From positions 2,112,001-2,176,000 of the forward strand of contig CBDESU010000001.1 in NCBI GenBank assembly GCA_965242695.1: 64,000 nucleotides of DNA, written 5' to 3'. This document shows, piece by piece, positions 19,982 through 30,928 of this stretch. Position 1 is the first letter of the stretch, and each line of letters begins with the position of its first letter. Origin of the DNA: Cenarchaeum sp. (lineage in GTDB: Archaea; Thermoproteota; Nitrososphaeria; Nitrososphaerales; Nitrosopumilaceae). The notes beneath the pieces were generated by a model, which saw only the letters and a program-made list of their open reading frames with translations, ran no database searches and was not told where the DNA came from. Made by a program: the position numbers and the translations under genes.

Positions 19982-20424
19982 GCCGCAAGGCCAATTGGCG
20001 CGACACGCTGCCCCAGGGTCCACCGCAAGGGCTGCCCTACATGCGCCTCAGGGCTTGGCCGCGGGGGCCTTCCCAATCTATTGTGAGCATGGTGCCCGCC
20101 CCGGCTCCCGACATGCGTGGATGGCCCCCTCTAATAAGATGCGCGGAACCGCGGCCCGGGCAGCCGCGCCTGGGCCATGGCCCCCATCGTGGTCATGACG
20201 CGGCACCGTACACAGGGGCCGCGCCCCGGGCGGCGGCCCGCCGCAGCGCCGCTTCGCGCAGGGCAGAGGGCGCATGACGGGCCGCCGCGGCGGGCGGGCG
20301 GCGATAGAGCAGGGGCCCGGGCGTTTCTCGGCCGCGGCCGATTGGCGCGACACGCCGCCCCGAGGCCGGCCAGCGGCCGCCCCACATGCGCCTCTGGGCT
20401 TGGCCGCGGGGGCCTTCCCAACCT
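19982..20424. repeat. Two ~100-bp imperfect intergenic direct repeats (19982-20079, 20332-20424)
   Basis: Shared attggcgcgacacg...acatgcgcctc..gggcttggccgcgggggccttcccaa. Confidence 0.75.
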
Positions 20425-20672
20425 GCTGCGGCGGCGCGCCCGCCGGGGCCCCGCGCGGCGGGGCGGCCCGTCCCAACAGGATGCGCGCGTCCGCATGCGG
20501 GCGGCAGGGCGGCCCCGGGCGCGGATCGTCGAGAGCCGGAGGGCGGAGGGGCTCGCAGGGGAGCCTGGCGCGGCGCGGGCGGGGGATTGCCCCGCGCCCG
20601 GGCCGGCCGTGCGGGGCATGCGCGCGCGGCGCGGCCCCAACCGTTTAATGTCGGGCGGGGCTGGGCGGCCCC

Positions 20673-21686
20673 GTGAAGATAGCCGTCATGGGCATGGGCG
20701 TGGCCGGCTCGTACCTCATGGCCCGCCTGCAGGGGACGGGCCACGAGGCCGTCGGGTACGAGCTGTCGCCCAGGGAGAGGCACGACTCGATCTGCGCGTG
20801 GGGCACCATACGCCCCGTCCTCGAGCAGTTCTGCGAAAAGGTCGGCAGGGACTTTGGCGAGTACGTCATCCACGACGGGAAAAAGATGCACGTCCGCATG
20901 AGCGGCGGCTCTGCATTCGACATTACGCTAAAGGGGCTGTGCACGTACGACAAGCTCGGCCTGATAAAGGAGTTCATCAGGGGCTGCGACGTCAGGTACG
21001 GCAGGCCGCCGCCCAAGGCCGACCTGGAGAAAGAGTACGACATGGTCGTCGACTGCACTGGGTTCCACAGGGCGTACCTGCCGAAGCTCAAGGACGACTT
21101 TTTCCTCCCCACGTACGAGCACAAGGTAGAGTACGACGGCGGCGTCCCGTACGACGACTTTTACATCGAGCCGTTCAAGGGCATGACCGGCTACTTTTGG
21201 TACTTTCCGCTCGGCGAGAAGTGGGCCCACGTCGGCGCCGGCGACTACGGCAAGAACCACATACGGGCGACCGACGAGTTCCTCGCAAGGCACGGCGGGC
21301 GCATCCTGGCGACCAAGGGGCGCCCCATACGCCTGGCCACCCCCGACAGGTGCAGGCCGTACCGCGACGGCAAGGTCGTCGGCGTCGGCGAGTCTATAGG
21401 CACGGTGTACGCGCTGCTCGGCGAGGGGATCATCCCGTCGATGCAGTGCGCCGATCTGTTCCTGGGCAACATGGAGGACCTGCGGGCGTACGAGAGGGCC
21501 GTCGAGGACCACTACAGCGTGTACGCAAAGGTGTTCCGGTTCGTCAGGTCAAAGATACGCCGCGAGTACAGCATGGCAAGGGCCCTGCCCGACTTTATCT
21601 CGATATTCAGGTACATGAAGAGGAACGAGGACAGGTTCGGCATGCGCATCAGGATGTCCGACCTGATAAAGGTCGCAAGGGCGTGA
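20673..21686 (+). CDS. FAD-dependent oxidoreductase (geranylgeranyl reductase-like)
   Basis: N-terminal GxGxAG, VDCTG, GYFWYFP and VGESIG...GEGI motifs. Confidence 0.85.
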   Translation: MKIAVMGMGVAGSYLMARLQGTGHEAVGYELSPRERHDSICAWGTIRPVLEQFCEKVGRDFGEYVIHDGKKMHVRMSGGSAFDITLKGLCTYDKLGLIKEFIRGCDVRYGRPPPKADLEKEYDMVVDCTGFHRAYLPKLKDDFFLPTYEHKVEYDGGVPYDDFYIEPFKGMTGYFWYFPLGEKWAHVGAGDYGKNHIRATDEFLARHGGRILATKGRPIRLATPDRCRPYRDGKVVGVGESIGTVYALLGEGIIPSMQCADLFLGNMEDLRAYERAVEDHYSVYAKVFRFVRSKIRREYSMARALPDFISIFRYMKRNEDRFGMRIRMSDLIKVARA

Positions 21687-21999
21687 GGGCCCGGCGGGGC
21701 CGAGCAGTAGGCGGCCGAAGCCGCGCCAGGGCCGCGTTCCGTCGTTGCGAGGATCAGACCCCGCACACCGCCCGCCCTCACATATGTCAGCAGTATGATG
21801 CATGCAAATGGCGCTTTGACGTGCATTGCGATCCCCACACAGGCGTGGAGGGTCTGAAGCCGCGCCAGGGCCGCGTTCCGCCGTTGCGCGGCCGCATCCC
21901 GGGCGCAAAGGGCCTCATTCCGCCGCCCAAAGCCCGCGCACTGGCTGGTCGCCATGCATGGCGGGCCAGCCCTGCCCGCCGGATCGCGCGCGAACGCCC

Positions 22000-23496
22000 C
22001 TACAGGCCTCTTTCCGATCCGCGCCGCACAAGCCGGACAGTGTCGTGGAATTTTTTGAACATGCGCGCCTTTTCCGTGTGTATGGGTATGACCGACTTTG
22101 GGTGTGCCTCCTTGACGATCCTTACGATCTGATCGCCCGTACCGTGCCCCGACACGTGCGAGTGCGTCGCCCATCCATCCTTGCCCCCTCCAAGCCCAAA
22201 GTGGTCAAGCCATCTCTTGACGCGCCTGTGGTCCATCTCCATCTCGTCGCTGAACGGCTCGGTCTGCGACCGTATGTACGTCGAGGCGCCTTTCTCGGGC
22301 CTCACGTCGATCAGGCTCGACAGCCCAAAGTCCGAGCAGTACATGACGCACTCGCGCTGGTGCTCCCGCACGTAGTCGGCCCCGGCCGCATTCTTCATGT
22401 CGATCAGCTCGCGCTCCCACATTGCATAGTCTTCGTCGACGAGCTTCTTGGGCCACTCGTCCGACTGCCTCCCGTACAGTCCCCACGACTTGCGCGGGAC
22501 GAATATGCGGATGCGCCTGTCGTCGTGCGCCGGATAGTCCCTGATGCCCGCCTCCCTGAACAGCCGCAGGAGGTACGCCTGCTTGAGGTCGATGACCATG
22601 TCGCGCCCCGCCTTTTTCGCCGCGTTGTAGATCGACAGAAACCTATCCAGGTCGCGCACGGGATACGAGCAGACCGCCAGGGCGCCGGCCTTGGCCACTG
22701 CCGCGCCGACGTCCCTCTCCACATCCGCCTCTGTCTTCGACGGTTTTGCTACGTCCAGGCGCGTGCCCTCGCAGAGCATCGCGTCGACCTTTTCGGCGGC
22801 GCACCGCTCGACGAACCGCTCGGTGTCCTTCCCCCGCCTGCCATGGTACCGAATGTCGGCAGTGTACGCGATCGTCCCGCCCGACGCGTATATGATGAAC
22901 GCGCACGTGCCAGGCAGCGAGTGGTCGATCGGGACGGCCTCGACCTCGATCGAGTCGATCTTGAGTGGCCGCTGCTTCGGCTTGATCACCCTTATGTCGC
23001 GGTCCCGCTCCTCTCGGTTCTTTGCGCTCGTCGCGCGGCTCATCCCGCCCTTCGTGTTCTTGTACGTCTTAAAGGCCTCCTTGTACCGCAGGTACTCTTC
23101 CGAGCCGCCCGTGTCCTGGAAGCACTTCATGATGAGTCGGCTCTCCTCGGTGCAGTGCACCGGTATATCCGGCCGCAGGTAGTGTATGTACGAGCAGTGG
23201 TCGACGTGGGCGTGGCTGAGCAGGACGGCATTGACCGAGTTGTCCTCGTCGTCGCCGTACCCCGTGTGCCTTGCATAGTCCCTGCGGTATATCCCCCTCA
23301 TCTTCGGCAGTAGCCCGAACTCTATCAGGTCCCCCATCCCGCTGAGGGTGCGAGGCTTGAGGAACTCGGCAAAGTACGAGTTGACGCGGCCCATGGGCAT
23401 GCCAAAGTCGAGGAACACCCTCGTCCCCTTGTCCTCGAGGAGTATCTGGTTGCCGCCGATCTCGTTGACTCCCGAGTAGAACTTTAGGGTCGTCAT
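22000..23496 (-). CDS. MBL-fold / beta-CASP (RNase J-like) hydrolase
   Basis: GVNEIGGN, LDFG, SHAHVDH, DHS, YTAD, HVSGH and IPIHTE motifs. Confidence 0.88.
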   Translation of the reverse strand: MTTLKFYSGVNEIGGNQILLEDKGTRVFLDFGMPMGRVNSYFAEFLKPRTLSGMGDLIEFGLLPKMRGIYRRDYARHTGYGDDEDNSVNAVLLSHAHVDHCSYIHYLRPDIPVHCTEESRLIMKCFQDTGGSEEYLRYKEAFKTYKNTKGGMSRATSAKNREERDRDIRVIKPKQRPLKIDSIEVEAVPIDHSLPGTCAFIIYASGGTIAYTADIRYHGRRGKDTERFVERCAAEKVDAMLCEGTRLDVAKPSKTEADVERDVGAAVAKAGALAVCSYPVRDLDRFLSIYNAAKKAGRDMVIDLKQAYLLRLFREAGIRDYPAHDDRRIRIFVPRKSWGLYGRQSDEWPKKLVDEDYAMWERELIDMKNAAGADYVREHQRECVMYCSDFGLSSLIDVRPEKGASTYIRSQTEPFSDEMEMDHRRVKRWLDHFGLGGGKDGWATHSHVSGHGTGDQIVRIVKEAHPKSVIPIHTEKARMFKKFHDTVRLVRRGSERGL

Positions 23497-23554
23497 GCGC
23501 CCCTGCGCGGCCCGCCTAGTACAAAAGCGTGGCGCGCGCGGCCCCCGCCCCCGC

Positions 23555-24064
23555 CTAGCCCGGCCTTGCCGAGTCGGAGCGCCCGATCAGCTCCCCGACG
23601 GCCGGCTCGTACGAGGCGGCGGACTCGGCCGCCTCGGCGACGGCATCGGCCGCCAGGTGCCCCGCCTCGTCGATCGCCGAGGCGACGACCGTCGTCTCGC
23701 GTATGTACGTGTTGTACTGCCGCAGGGCCTCGACGTACGCCTCGTAGCTCTCGACCCACTCGTCGGGCGGGTCGGCGCCTATCGTGTCGATTATGAGCTG
23801 CCTGACCTGCCCGGACGAGACCTCGGCCATCTCTGCGTACTCGGCCGCCTCGATCTCGCCGGCCAGCAGCGCCTCGTACCCCACGTCCAGGTCGGCCATG
23901 ATCGTAGCGTGGATGTTCTTGACCCCGTCCAGGTGCACCGCATGGTCGGACACGACAAACGATGCGCCCATGTACCCCTGCGGGACGAGCCACACGGCAA
24001 AGCTCGCGGCCGTCACGGCCACGAGTATGCCCGCCGTTATCGCAATCCCCCTGCGCGATCCCAT
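23555..24064 (-). CDS. Hypothetical membrane-anchored helical protein
   Basis: N-terminal TM helix, acidic helical body. Confidence 0.7.
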   Translation of the reverse strand: MGSRRGIAITAGILVAVTAASFAVWLVPQGYMGASFVVSDHAVHLDGVKNIHATIMADLDVGYEALLAGEIEAAEYAEMAEVSSGQVRQLIIDTIGADPPDEWVESYEAYVEALRQYNTYIRETTVVASAIDEAGHLAADAVAEAAESAASYEPAVGELIGRSDSARPG

Positions 24065-24612
24065 GCGGCGGGGCGGCGGGGCGGCATAATGTAAAGCTGC
24101 CGCGGCCTGCGCCTGCGGACATCGTCACTGCGCCCGCGCCCGCAGCCGCCCGCCAGCAGGTCGCGGCAGAAGGCGCACGGCAAGAACCGGCCGGGGTGGC
24201 CGGCGCCCCGCGCGCGGCTCGGCGGGAGAGGCGGCGCTGCCCAGGCCGCCGGTCGAGCCCGCGTCCGGTCAGGCGTGCCACAGGCGGCCGGCAGGGCGGC
24301 CGGCGCAGGCGCCCCGCGCGGGGCGGACGCGGCTGCCTGCGGCCACGATCGCAGGCGGCGGGGGCGGGGGCGGGGCGGTCGGCGCAGGGGCAGGACAGCC
24401 GCGCCTGCGGCTCCTGCGGCGCCTGCGGCCGCCGCGCCGGCCAGCCTATGAACGCCCAGAGACAGGCGCAAAGGCCGGTCAAAAACTCCCCCGGAGCGCC
24501 TCCGGAGCGCCTCCCCGGCCTCCTCCACGCCTAGCGGGTCTATCTTTTGCCCCCGGCGGGTCAAAAAAAATTTACCTGCGCCTTCTAAATACCCGCCCGC
24601 GCGCCTAGGCGC

Positions 24613-24759
24613 ATGGTGGAAGCTTACTGCGTAAAGTGCAGGGAAAAGCAAGAGATGCAAAAGCCAAAGCAGACAAAGCTCAAGAACGGGCGCGATGCCG
24701 TAAAGGGCGTGTGCGGCGTGTGCAAGACGAACCTCTTCCGCATGGGCAAGATGACCTGA
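24613..24759 (+). CDS. 48-aa Zn-ribbon micro-protein (DUF5679-like)
   Basis: Manual translation MVEAYCVKCREKQEMQKPKQTKLKNGRDAVKGVCGVCKTNLFRMGKMT; TTCTAAATA upstream; hairpin and T-tract downstream. Confidence 0.85.
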   Translation: MVEAYCVKCREKQEMQKPKQTKLKNGRDAVKGVCGVCKTNLFRMGKMT

Positions 24760-24833
24760 GCGGAGCGCGTTCGCTAAGCGGGGCGCAGGCCCCTTTTTTA
24801 AAACTGATATACCCGCGTCCCCGCGCCCCGGCC

Positions 24834-25256
24834 GTGTCCAGGGCCGAGTACGAGGGGCTGCTCAAGCGCATAGAGGATGGCCTGTCCAAGGAGGGCGAGC
24901 AGGCCAAGAGCCGCCTCGAGCTGCCCGTGGTCGACGTCATGTGGGAGGGGCAGAAGACGTACCTGCGCAACTTTGCCGAGTTCCCAAAGGCGTTCCGGCG
25001 CGACCCCGACAAGGTCCTCCAGTACCTGTCAAAGGAGTTTGCGGTGCCGGCCGAGCGCATAGGCGACAAGGCCATGTTCATAGGCAGGCGCGACCCCGAC
25101 GACTTTACGCGCCTGCTGCGCATATACGTAAAGGACTACCTAGAGTGCCCCACGTGTACTAGCCCCGACACGAAGATCGTAAAGGAGAACCGCATCTCGT
25201 TCCTCGTGTGCGAGGCGTGCGGCGCAAAGGCGACCCTCAAGGGCAAGTACGCATGA
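24834..25256 (+). CDS. eif2b: Translation initiation factor aIF-2 beta
   Basis: YEGLLKR, TYLRNF, YLSKE and CPTCTSPDT...CEACGA zinc ribbon. Confidence 0.92.
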   Translation: MSRAEYEGLLKRIEDGLSKEGEQAKSRLELPVVDVMWEGQKTYLRNFAEFPKAFRRDPDKVLQYLSKEFAVPAERIGDKAMFIGRRDPDDFTRLLRIYVKDYLECPTCTSPDTKIVKENRISFLVCEACGAKATLKGKYA

Positions 25257-25615
25257 CGGCGGCGGAGGGGGCGCCAGGCGCGCCCGGCGGGGACGTGGAC
25301 GGGGGCCTCTTTTCCGTGCGCGAGGGCAACTACAGGCGCGCGGCCACGCTCAACATCTGCGATGCCGAGCTCGTCGGCACCGTGGTAGAGGAGCCTGGCG
25401 GGGGCGGGCGGCCGGCGCGGCGCCTGCCGATCAAGGCGTCGTACTACGGGGGAAAGAGGGTGGACAGGGACGAGGCGGCGCGCATGATGGCCGGCGCGCA
25501 GATCGCCAACATAGCCGGCCGGCGCGCCGTCGGGCTCGCGGTCGGGATGGGGCTCGGCTCGGACAGGGGCGTAAAGTCCGTAGGCGGCGTGCCGTTCCTC
25601 ATCGTGTTCAGGTGA
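25253..25615 (+). CDS. DUF424-family protein
   Basis: NICDAELVG, YYGG, ANIAGRRAV and VGGVP motifs. Confidence 0.8.
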   Translation: MTAAEGAPGAPGGDVDGGLFSVREGNYRRAATLNICDAELVGTVVEEPGGGGRPARRLPIKASYYGGKRVDRDEAARMMAGAQIANIAGRRAVGLAVGMGLGSDRGVKSVGGVPFLIVFR

Positions 25616-26248
25616 GGCGCGGTACGGGCTGAGGCTGGGAGGGGGCGCCGTCCGCCCGTTCCCTTGCCTCCGCCTCTGCGTCCAGCCGTCCACAGGCGCG
25701 GTCCCTTCCTCCCCACTGCCCGTGCCTGCGGCGCCGGCCGGAGGCGCCGCGTGGGCGGCGGGCACTCGGCGCCGGCCCCTGCGGCAGCCCGGCCTCTACC
25801 TGCCGCCTCCTCTCGCGCCGCAGTGGCTACGGGCACGGCGCCGGCGCCTTGCCTCCCACGCACCGCATGCACGAGCTAGTCGACGACATCGAGTGGCTAC
25901 GGGCACGCGGCGCCGGCGCCGTGCCTCCGCCGTGCCCGCGCGCGTGATCGTTCCAAGTCCCGGGGGCGACGGGCACGCGGCGCCGGCGCCCTTCATCCCC
26001 TCTTCACTTTCGTCCAGGACTCCCGCCGTCCGCGCTGCGATTCGATCGGGCGGCGCCACGCGGGCAGGCGGCGCCTGCGTGCCGATCCCCAGGCATCGCC
26101 GCCTTGGACAGCGGCGGATTCAGGGGAGGGGCGCACTAGGCGGCTGGCCGCACCGCCCAGGCATCGCCGCCTTGGACAGCGGCGGATTCAGGGGCGCGGG
26201 GCGGGGGCGCGGGGCAGGGGCGCGGGGCAGGGGCGCCACTTCTGCCCG

Positions 26249-27646
26249 TCAATCCCCGCGCTTCTTGGGCCGCTTGGCGGGCCGCAGGCGCCCTTCCTTC
26301 TTCCCCTTTCCCCTTTCGGCGCCCGCAGGCGATCGGGCCCCCGGCGCCCCCGCGCTCCTCTTCCCCTTGCCGGCGCCCGTCCTGCGCCCCTTCTTCGGCT
26401 TCCCGCCCCCAAGAATGATCATGCCGCCGCCACGCATCACGACGTTTTCGGCGCCAAGCTCCTTGACGGCCTTCCTTGCAGCGAGCACCTGCTCGAGCGA
26501 GTCGCGCGCGGGGGCAAAGCCCGGCCTGATCTCGAGCGACCTCCTGTATGATTTTTCGGCGGCCCCGAGCTTGCCGAGCGAGAACAGGGCCAGGCCCGCG
26601 TTGTAGTGCGCCCCCGCATCCTCCGGGTTGATCCTGATCGCCTCCCTCTGGGCCGCAAGGGCCTCCTTGTACCTGCCCAGGTCGTGCAGCACGGCGCCCA
26701 GGTTGCCGTACGACTTGCCGTGGGACGGCCTCAGGCGGATCGCCCTGCGGTACGCGGCGGCCGCCGCCTTTGGGCGGTCCATCTGGGCGAGCGACGTGCC
26801 CATGTTGTAGTACGACAGCGAGTCCGACGGGTCGATCTCCACGGCCCTCTTGTACGACTTTACCGCCTCGCGGGGGCGTCCCAGGTTGTCGAGCAGGTCG
26901 CCGCGCATGCGGTGCGTCGACCCGTCCGTGTCGTCTATGGTCATGCCCTTGTCGAACTGCGCTAGCGCCTCGGCGTACCTGCCCTGCTTGGCGAGGGCCA
27001 CGCCCATGTTGAAGAGCGCCTGGGCGGACTTGGGCGAGGCCTTGAGGGACTTTTTGTACTCGGACACGGCCTCGTTTCCGCGCCCGATCGTGTCGAGGAC
27101 CATGGCGAGCCCCGTGCGCGCGGGGGCAAAGTCGGGGTCGGCCTCGAGCGCCTCGCGGAACACCTCGACGGCCCTCTCGCGCTCGCCCAGGTCGTCGAGC
27201 ATGTCGCCCTTGTGCGTGAGGGCCTCGGCGGCGGCCTTGCCCTTGAGCGTCGGGATCAGCCCGTCGTACGCGGCGGCCGCCTCGTCGCACCTGTCGGTCA
27301 TGCGCATCATGTGGGCCTCCTTGAGCCGGTACACGTAGTTTGACGGGTCGAGCCGCCAGGCCTCGCCGAACGCGGCGCCGGCATCCGCGTACCTCTGGAG
27401 GTTGTACATGGTATTGCCCATGTCGTCGCGCAGCTCGGGGTTGAGCTCGTCCCTCTCCACGGCCCTCTTGAAGCACCGCAGCGACTCGTCGCCGTCGCCG
27501 AGCAGGGCGTGCGAGTAGGCCATCATCCGGTGCGCCTCGACGTCGTTGGGGTCGTGCTTGATCCTTTCGCGGCAGATCGCGATCGTCTTCTCGTACTGCT
27601 CTGGATCGTCATCTATCTTCCCCCTTCCTTCCTTTCGGCCGCCCAC
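26249..27646 (-). CDS. TPR-repeat protein (paralog 1)
   Basis: About 11 consecutive 34-aa TPRs; basic tail. Confidence 0.88.
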   Translation of the reverse strand: MGGRKEGRGKIDDDPEQYEKTIAICRERIKHDPNDVEAHRMMAYSHALLGDGDESLRCFKRAVERDELNPELRDDMGNTMYNLQRYADAGAAFGEAWRLDPSNYVYRLKEAHMMRMTDRCDEAAAAYDGLIPTLKGKAAAEALTHKGDMLDDLGERERAVEVFREALEADPDFAPARTGLAMVLDTIGRGNEAVSEYKKSLKASPKSAQALFNMGVALAKQGRYAEALAQFDKGMTIDDTDGSTHRMRGDLLDNLGRPREAVKSYKRAVEIDPSDSLSYYNMGTSLAQMDRPKAAAAAYRRAIRLRPSHGKSYGNLGAVLHDLGRYKEALAAQREAIRINPEDAGAHYNAGLALFSLGKLGAAEKSYRRSLEIRPGFAPARDSLEQVLAARKAVKELGAENVVMRGGGMIILGGGKPKKGRRTGAGKGKRSAGAPGARSPAGAERGKGKKEGRLRPAKRPKKRGD

Positions 27647-28002
27647 GGCGGCGGGCGCGCGGGGCGCGCTATACATGTTGCCCGATATGGGCCGGCGGGG
27701 CGGGTTCGAGTCGCTCCGCCGGGCCGTGGCAGGGCCGTGCGCCGGGCCGCCGATGCAAGGCGCGGGGGAGGGGCGGAGGGGCGGCGCAGGCCGTCATGCC
27801 CGCAAGGATGCGGATGCGCCCGCGCGCGGACGAAGAGGGGCCGGCGCCGGGTCCGCGCAGGGCCGCCTTGCAACGCCTCACGGGGACAGGGGCGGCGCGA
27901 GGGACCAGGCAGGGAAGGGGAGCCCGCGCCCCCGCACAATTCGGCGGCATCCGGATGCCCCGCGCAGGGCGGCCGGGATTGGCGCGGCCCGGCAGGCGGC
28001 CC

Positions 28003-29256
28003 CTACGCATCGGCCGCGCCGCGGCGGCGCCGCCTCTTGGGCGCGGCGCCGTGCTCCCCTAGGCCGAGCCGCTCAAACGCCCTTCTCGCCGCCCGCGCCG
28101 CCTTGAGCGACTCGCGCGCGGGCTCGTGGCCTGGATCAAGCTTGACCGCCCTTGCAAAGTACTTTGCAGCCCCCTTGTACCGGCCGAGCGAGTGGAGGAC
28201 CAGGCCTGCGTTGAAGTGCGCCCCGGCATCGCCGGGGTCGATCTCTATCGACTTCTTGTACGCCTCAAGGGCCTTCCTGAGCTTGCCCATGTGGTACATG
28301 GCCGTCCCCAGGTTGCCGTGCGACTTTGCATGCGTGGGCCTGAGCCTGATCGCCTTGGCGTACACGGGGGCGGCCTTCGCATACATGCCCAGCGTGGAGA
28401 GCGCCGTCCCCATGTTGTAGTACGACAGCGAGTCCGACGGGTCGATCTCCACGGCCCTCTTGTACGACCTTATCGCCTCGCGGGGGCGGCCCAGGTTGCC
28501 GAGCAGGTCGCCGCGCATGCGGTGCGTCGAGCCGTCCGTGTCGTCTATGGCCATGCCCTTGTCGAAGTGCGCGAGCGCCTCGGCGTACCTGCCCTGCCTG
28601 GCGAGGGCCACGCCCATGTTGAAGAGCGCCAGGGCCGACCCGGGCGAGGCCTCGAGGGACTTTTCGTACTCGGAGATGGCCTCCTTTGCGCGCCCGAGCG
28701 AGTCTAGTACAATGCCGAGCCCCATGTGCGCGGGGCCAAAGTCGGGGTCGGCCTCGAGCGCCTCGCGGAACACCTCGACCGCCTTTTCGCGCTCGCCCAG
28801 GTCGTCGAGCATGTCTCCCTTGTCCGCAAGGGCCTCGGCTGCCGCCCTGCCCTTGAGCGTCGGGATCAGCCCGTCGTACACGGCTGCCGCCTCGTCGTAC
28901 CTGTCTGCCGCGCGCATCATGTGGGCCTCCCTGAGCCGATACGCGTGGTTTGACGGGTCGAGTCGCCAGGCCTCGCCGAACGCGGCGGCGGCATCCCCGT
29001 ACCTCCCGAGGCCGCACATGACGTTCCCCACGACCCTGCGCAGGGCGGGGTTTAGCTCGTCATTCTCCACGGCCCTCTTGAAGCACCGCAGCGACTCGTC
29101 GGCGTCGCCGAGCAGCGCGTGCGAGAAGGCCATCATCAGGTGCGCCTCGACGTCGCGGGGGTCGTGCTTGATCTTTTCGCGGCAGATCGCGATCATCGCC
29201 TCGCACTGCTCGGGGCTGTCCTCTATGCGCCCCCTGATCCGGTTCCGGCCATCCAT
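28003..29256 (-). CDS. TPR-repeat protein (paralog 2)
   Basis: Close paralog of 26249-27646; likely start MDGRNR at 29256. Confidence 0.88.
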   Translation of the reverse strand: MDGRNRIRGRIEDSPEQCEAMIAICREKIKHDPRDVEAHLMMAFSHALLGDADESLRCFKRAVENDELNPALRRVVGNVMCGLGRYGDAAAAFGEAWRLDPSNHAYRLREAHMMRAADRYDEAAAVYDGLIPTLKGRAAAEALADKGDMLDDLGEREKAVEVFREALEADPDFGPAHMGLGIVLDSLGRAKEAISEYEKSLEASPGSALALFNMGVALARQGRYAEALAHFDKGMAIDDTDGSTHRMRGDLLGNLGRPREAIRSYKRAVEIDPSDSLSYYNMGTALSTLGMYAKAAPVYAKAIRLRPTHAKSHGNLGTAMYHMGKLRKALEAYKKSIEIDPGDAGAHFNAGLVLHSLGRYKGAAKYFARAVKLDPGHEPARESLKAARAARRAFERLGLGEHGAAPKRRRRRGAADA

Positions 29257-29596
29257 GGCGGCGGGCGGGGCGGGTGCGCTATACGTGTTGCCGCGCCGGG
29301 CCGGCACGGCGTGTTCGAGCCGCTCGCGCCGGGCCGTGCGCCGCCGATGCGGGGCGCTGGGGAGGGGCGGTCGGGCGGCGCAGGCCGCCATGCCCGCAGG
29401 GATGCGGGTGCGCCCGCTCGCGGACGAAGAGGGGCCGGCCCCGGGTCCGCGCAGGGGGCGCGGGGCGGGGCCTCTTGGGGACAGGGGGCGGCGCGCGGGG
29501 CGGGGCCAGGAAAGGAAAACCCGCGCCCGGCACGGCCTGCGGCATCCGATGCCCCGCGCAGGGCGGCCGTGGTCGGCACGGCTCGGCAGGCGGTCC

Positions 29597-30928
29597 CTAC
29601 GCATCGGCCGAGCCGCGTCCTCGCTCCCCCTTTGGCGCGGCGCCGCGCCCGGTGCGCGGCGTCGAGCCGGGCGCTGCCCTTGTCCTGCGGCGGCGCTTCC
29701 TCTTTTTTGGCGCGGCGCCGTGCTCGTCCCGGCCGAGCCGCTCGAGCGCCCTTCTTGCCTCCAGCACCCCCTTGAGCGACTCGCGCGCCGGCTCGTGGCT
29801 GGGATCAAGCTTGACCGCCCTTGCATAGTACTTTGCGGCCGCCTTGTACCGGCCGAGCGACTGCAGGGCCAGGCCTGCGTTGAAGTGCGCCCTGGCATCG
29901 CCGGGGGTGATCTCTATCAGCTTCTTGTACGCCTTGAGGGCCTTTTTGAACTTGCCCATCGAGTACAGGGTCGCCCCTAGGTTGCCGTACGACTTTGCGT
30001 ACGTGGGCCTGAGCCTGATCGCCTTGACGTACGCGGGGGCGGCCCTTGCGTGCATGCCCATCGTCGAGAGCGCCGTCCCCATGTTGTAGTACGAGGCAGA
30101 GTCGGACGGGTTGATCTTGACGGCCCTCTTGTACGACTCGACGGCCTCCATGTGGCGGCCAAGTGCTGTGAGGATGTCGCCGCGCATGCGGTGCGCATGG
30201 CCGCGCGTGTCGTCGAGCTTCATGCCCTTGTCGAACTCTGCGAGAGACTCGTCGAACCTGCCCTGCTTGGCGAGCGTGACCCCCGCATTGAAGTGGGTGA
30301 CGGCCGACCCCGGCTCGATCCGGAGCGACTTTTTGTAGTCGGCAATCGCCTCGTCGGCGCGGCCTGCCATGTCCAGGGAGGACGCGCGGCCGGAGAGCGC
30401 GGCGGCGTTGTCCGGGTCGGCTTCCAGGACCCTGCCGAACAGGTCGGCCGCCTCGCCGTGCCTTCCCATGTGCCTCAGCATGTCGGCCTTGTACAGCAGG
30501 ACCTCGGCGGCATCCTTGCCGTCAAGCGATGCGGCGAGCTCGTCGTACGCGGCGGACGCCTCGTCGTACCTCCCCAGCGTCCTCGCCGTGTGCGCTACCT
30601 TCATGCGCACCCTGCGGTTGGACGGATCGAGCCGGGCCGCCTCGGCGAACGACGCGGCCGCCTCCTCGAACCTCTCCAGGGCGTACAGCGAGCTGCCCCT
30701 TTTCTCGTGCAGTCCGACGCCGAGGCCGCCCAGCCCCGCGGCCCTGTCGTAGCACTCTACCGCCTTGCCGTGCTCGCCGAGCAGCGCATGCGCGTGGCCC
30801 ATGTGCTCGTACGCGTCGGCGTTGTCGGGATCGCCCCCGAGCTTTTCGCGGCAGGCCTTGATCGCCGCCCTGCACTCCTCTGGCGTGTTCCTAGGGCCGT
30901 CCCCGCCGCGATCGCTGCCGCCGTCCAT
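29597..30928 (-). CDS. TPR-repeat protein (paralog 3)
   Basis: Paralog of the two neighbouring genes; likely start MDGGSD at 30928. Confidence 0.88.
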   Translation of the reverse strand: MDGGSDRGGDGPRNTPEECRAAIKACREKLGGDPDNADAYEHMGHAHALLGEHGKAVECYDRAAGLGGLGVGLHEKRGSSLYALERFEEAAASFAEAARLDPSNRRVRMKVAHTARTLGRYDEASAAYDELAASLDGKDAAEVLLYKADMLRHMGRHGEAADLFGRVLEADPDNAAALSGRASSLDMAGRADEAIADYKKSLRIEPGSAVTHFNAGVTLAKQGRFDESLAEFDKGMKLDDTRGHAHRMRGDILTALGRHMEAVESYKRAVKINPSDSASYYNMGTALSTMGMHARAAPAYVKAIRLRPTYAKSYGNLGATLYSMGKFKKALKAYKKLIEITPGDARAHFNAGLALQSLGRYKAAAKYYARAVKLDPSHEPARESLKGVLEARRALERLGRDEHGAAPKKRKRRRRTRAAPGSTPRTGRGAAPKGERGRGSADA

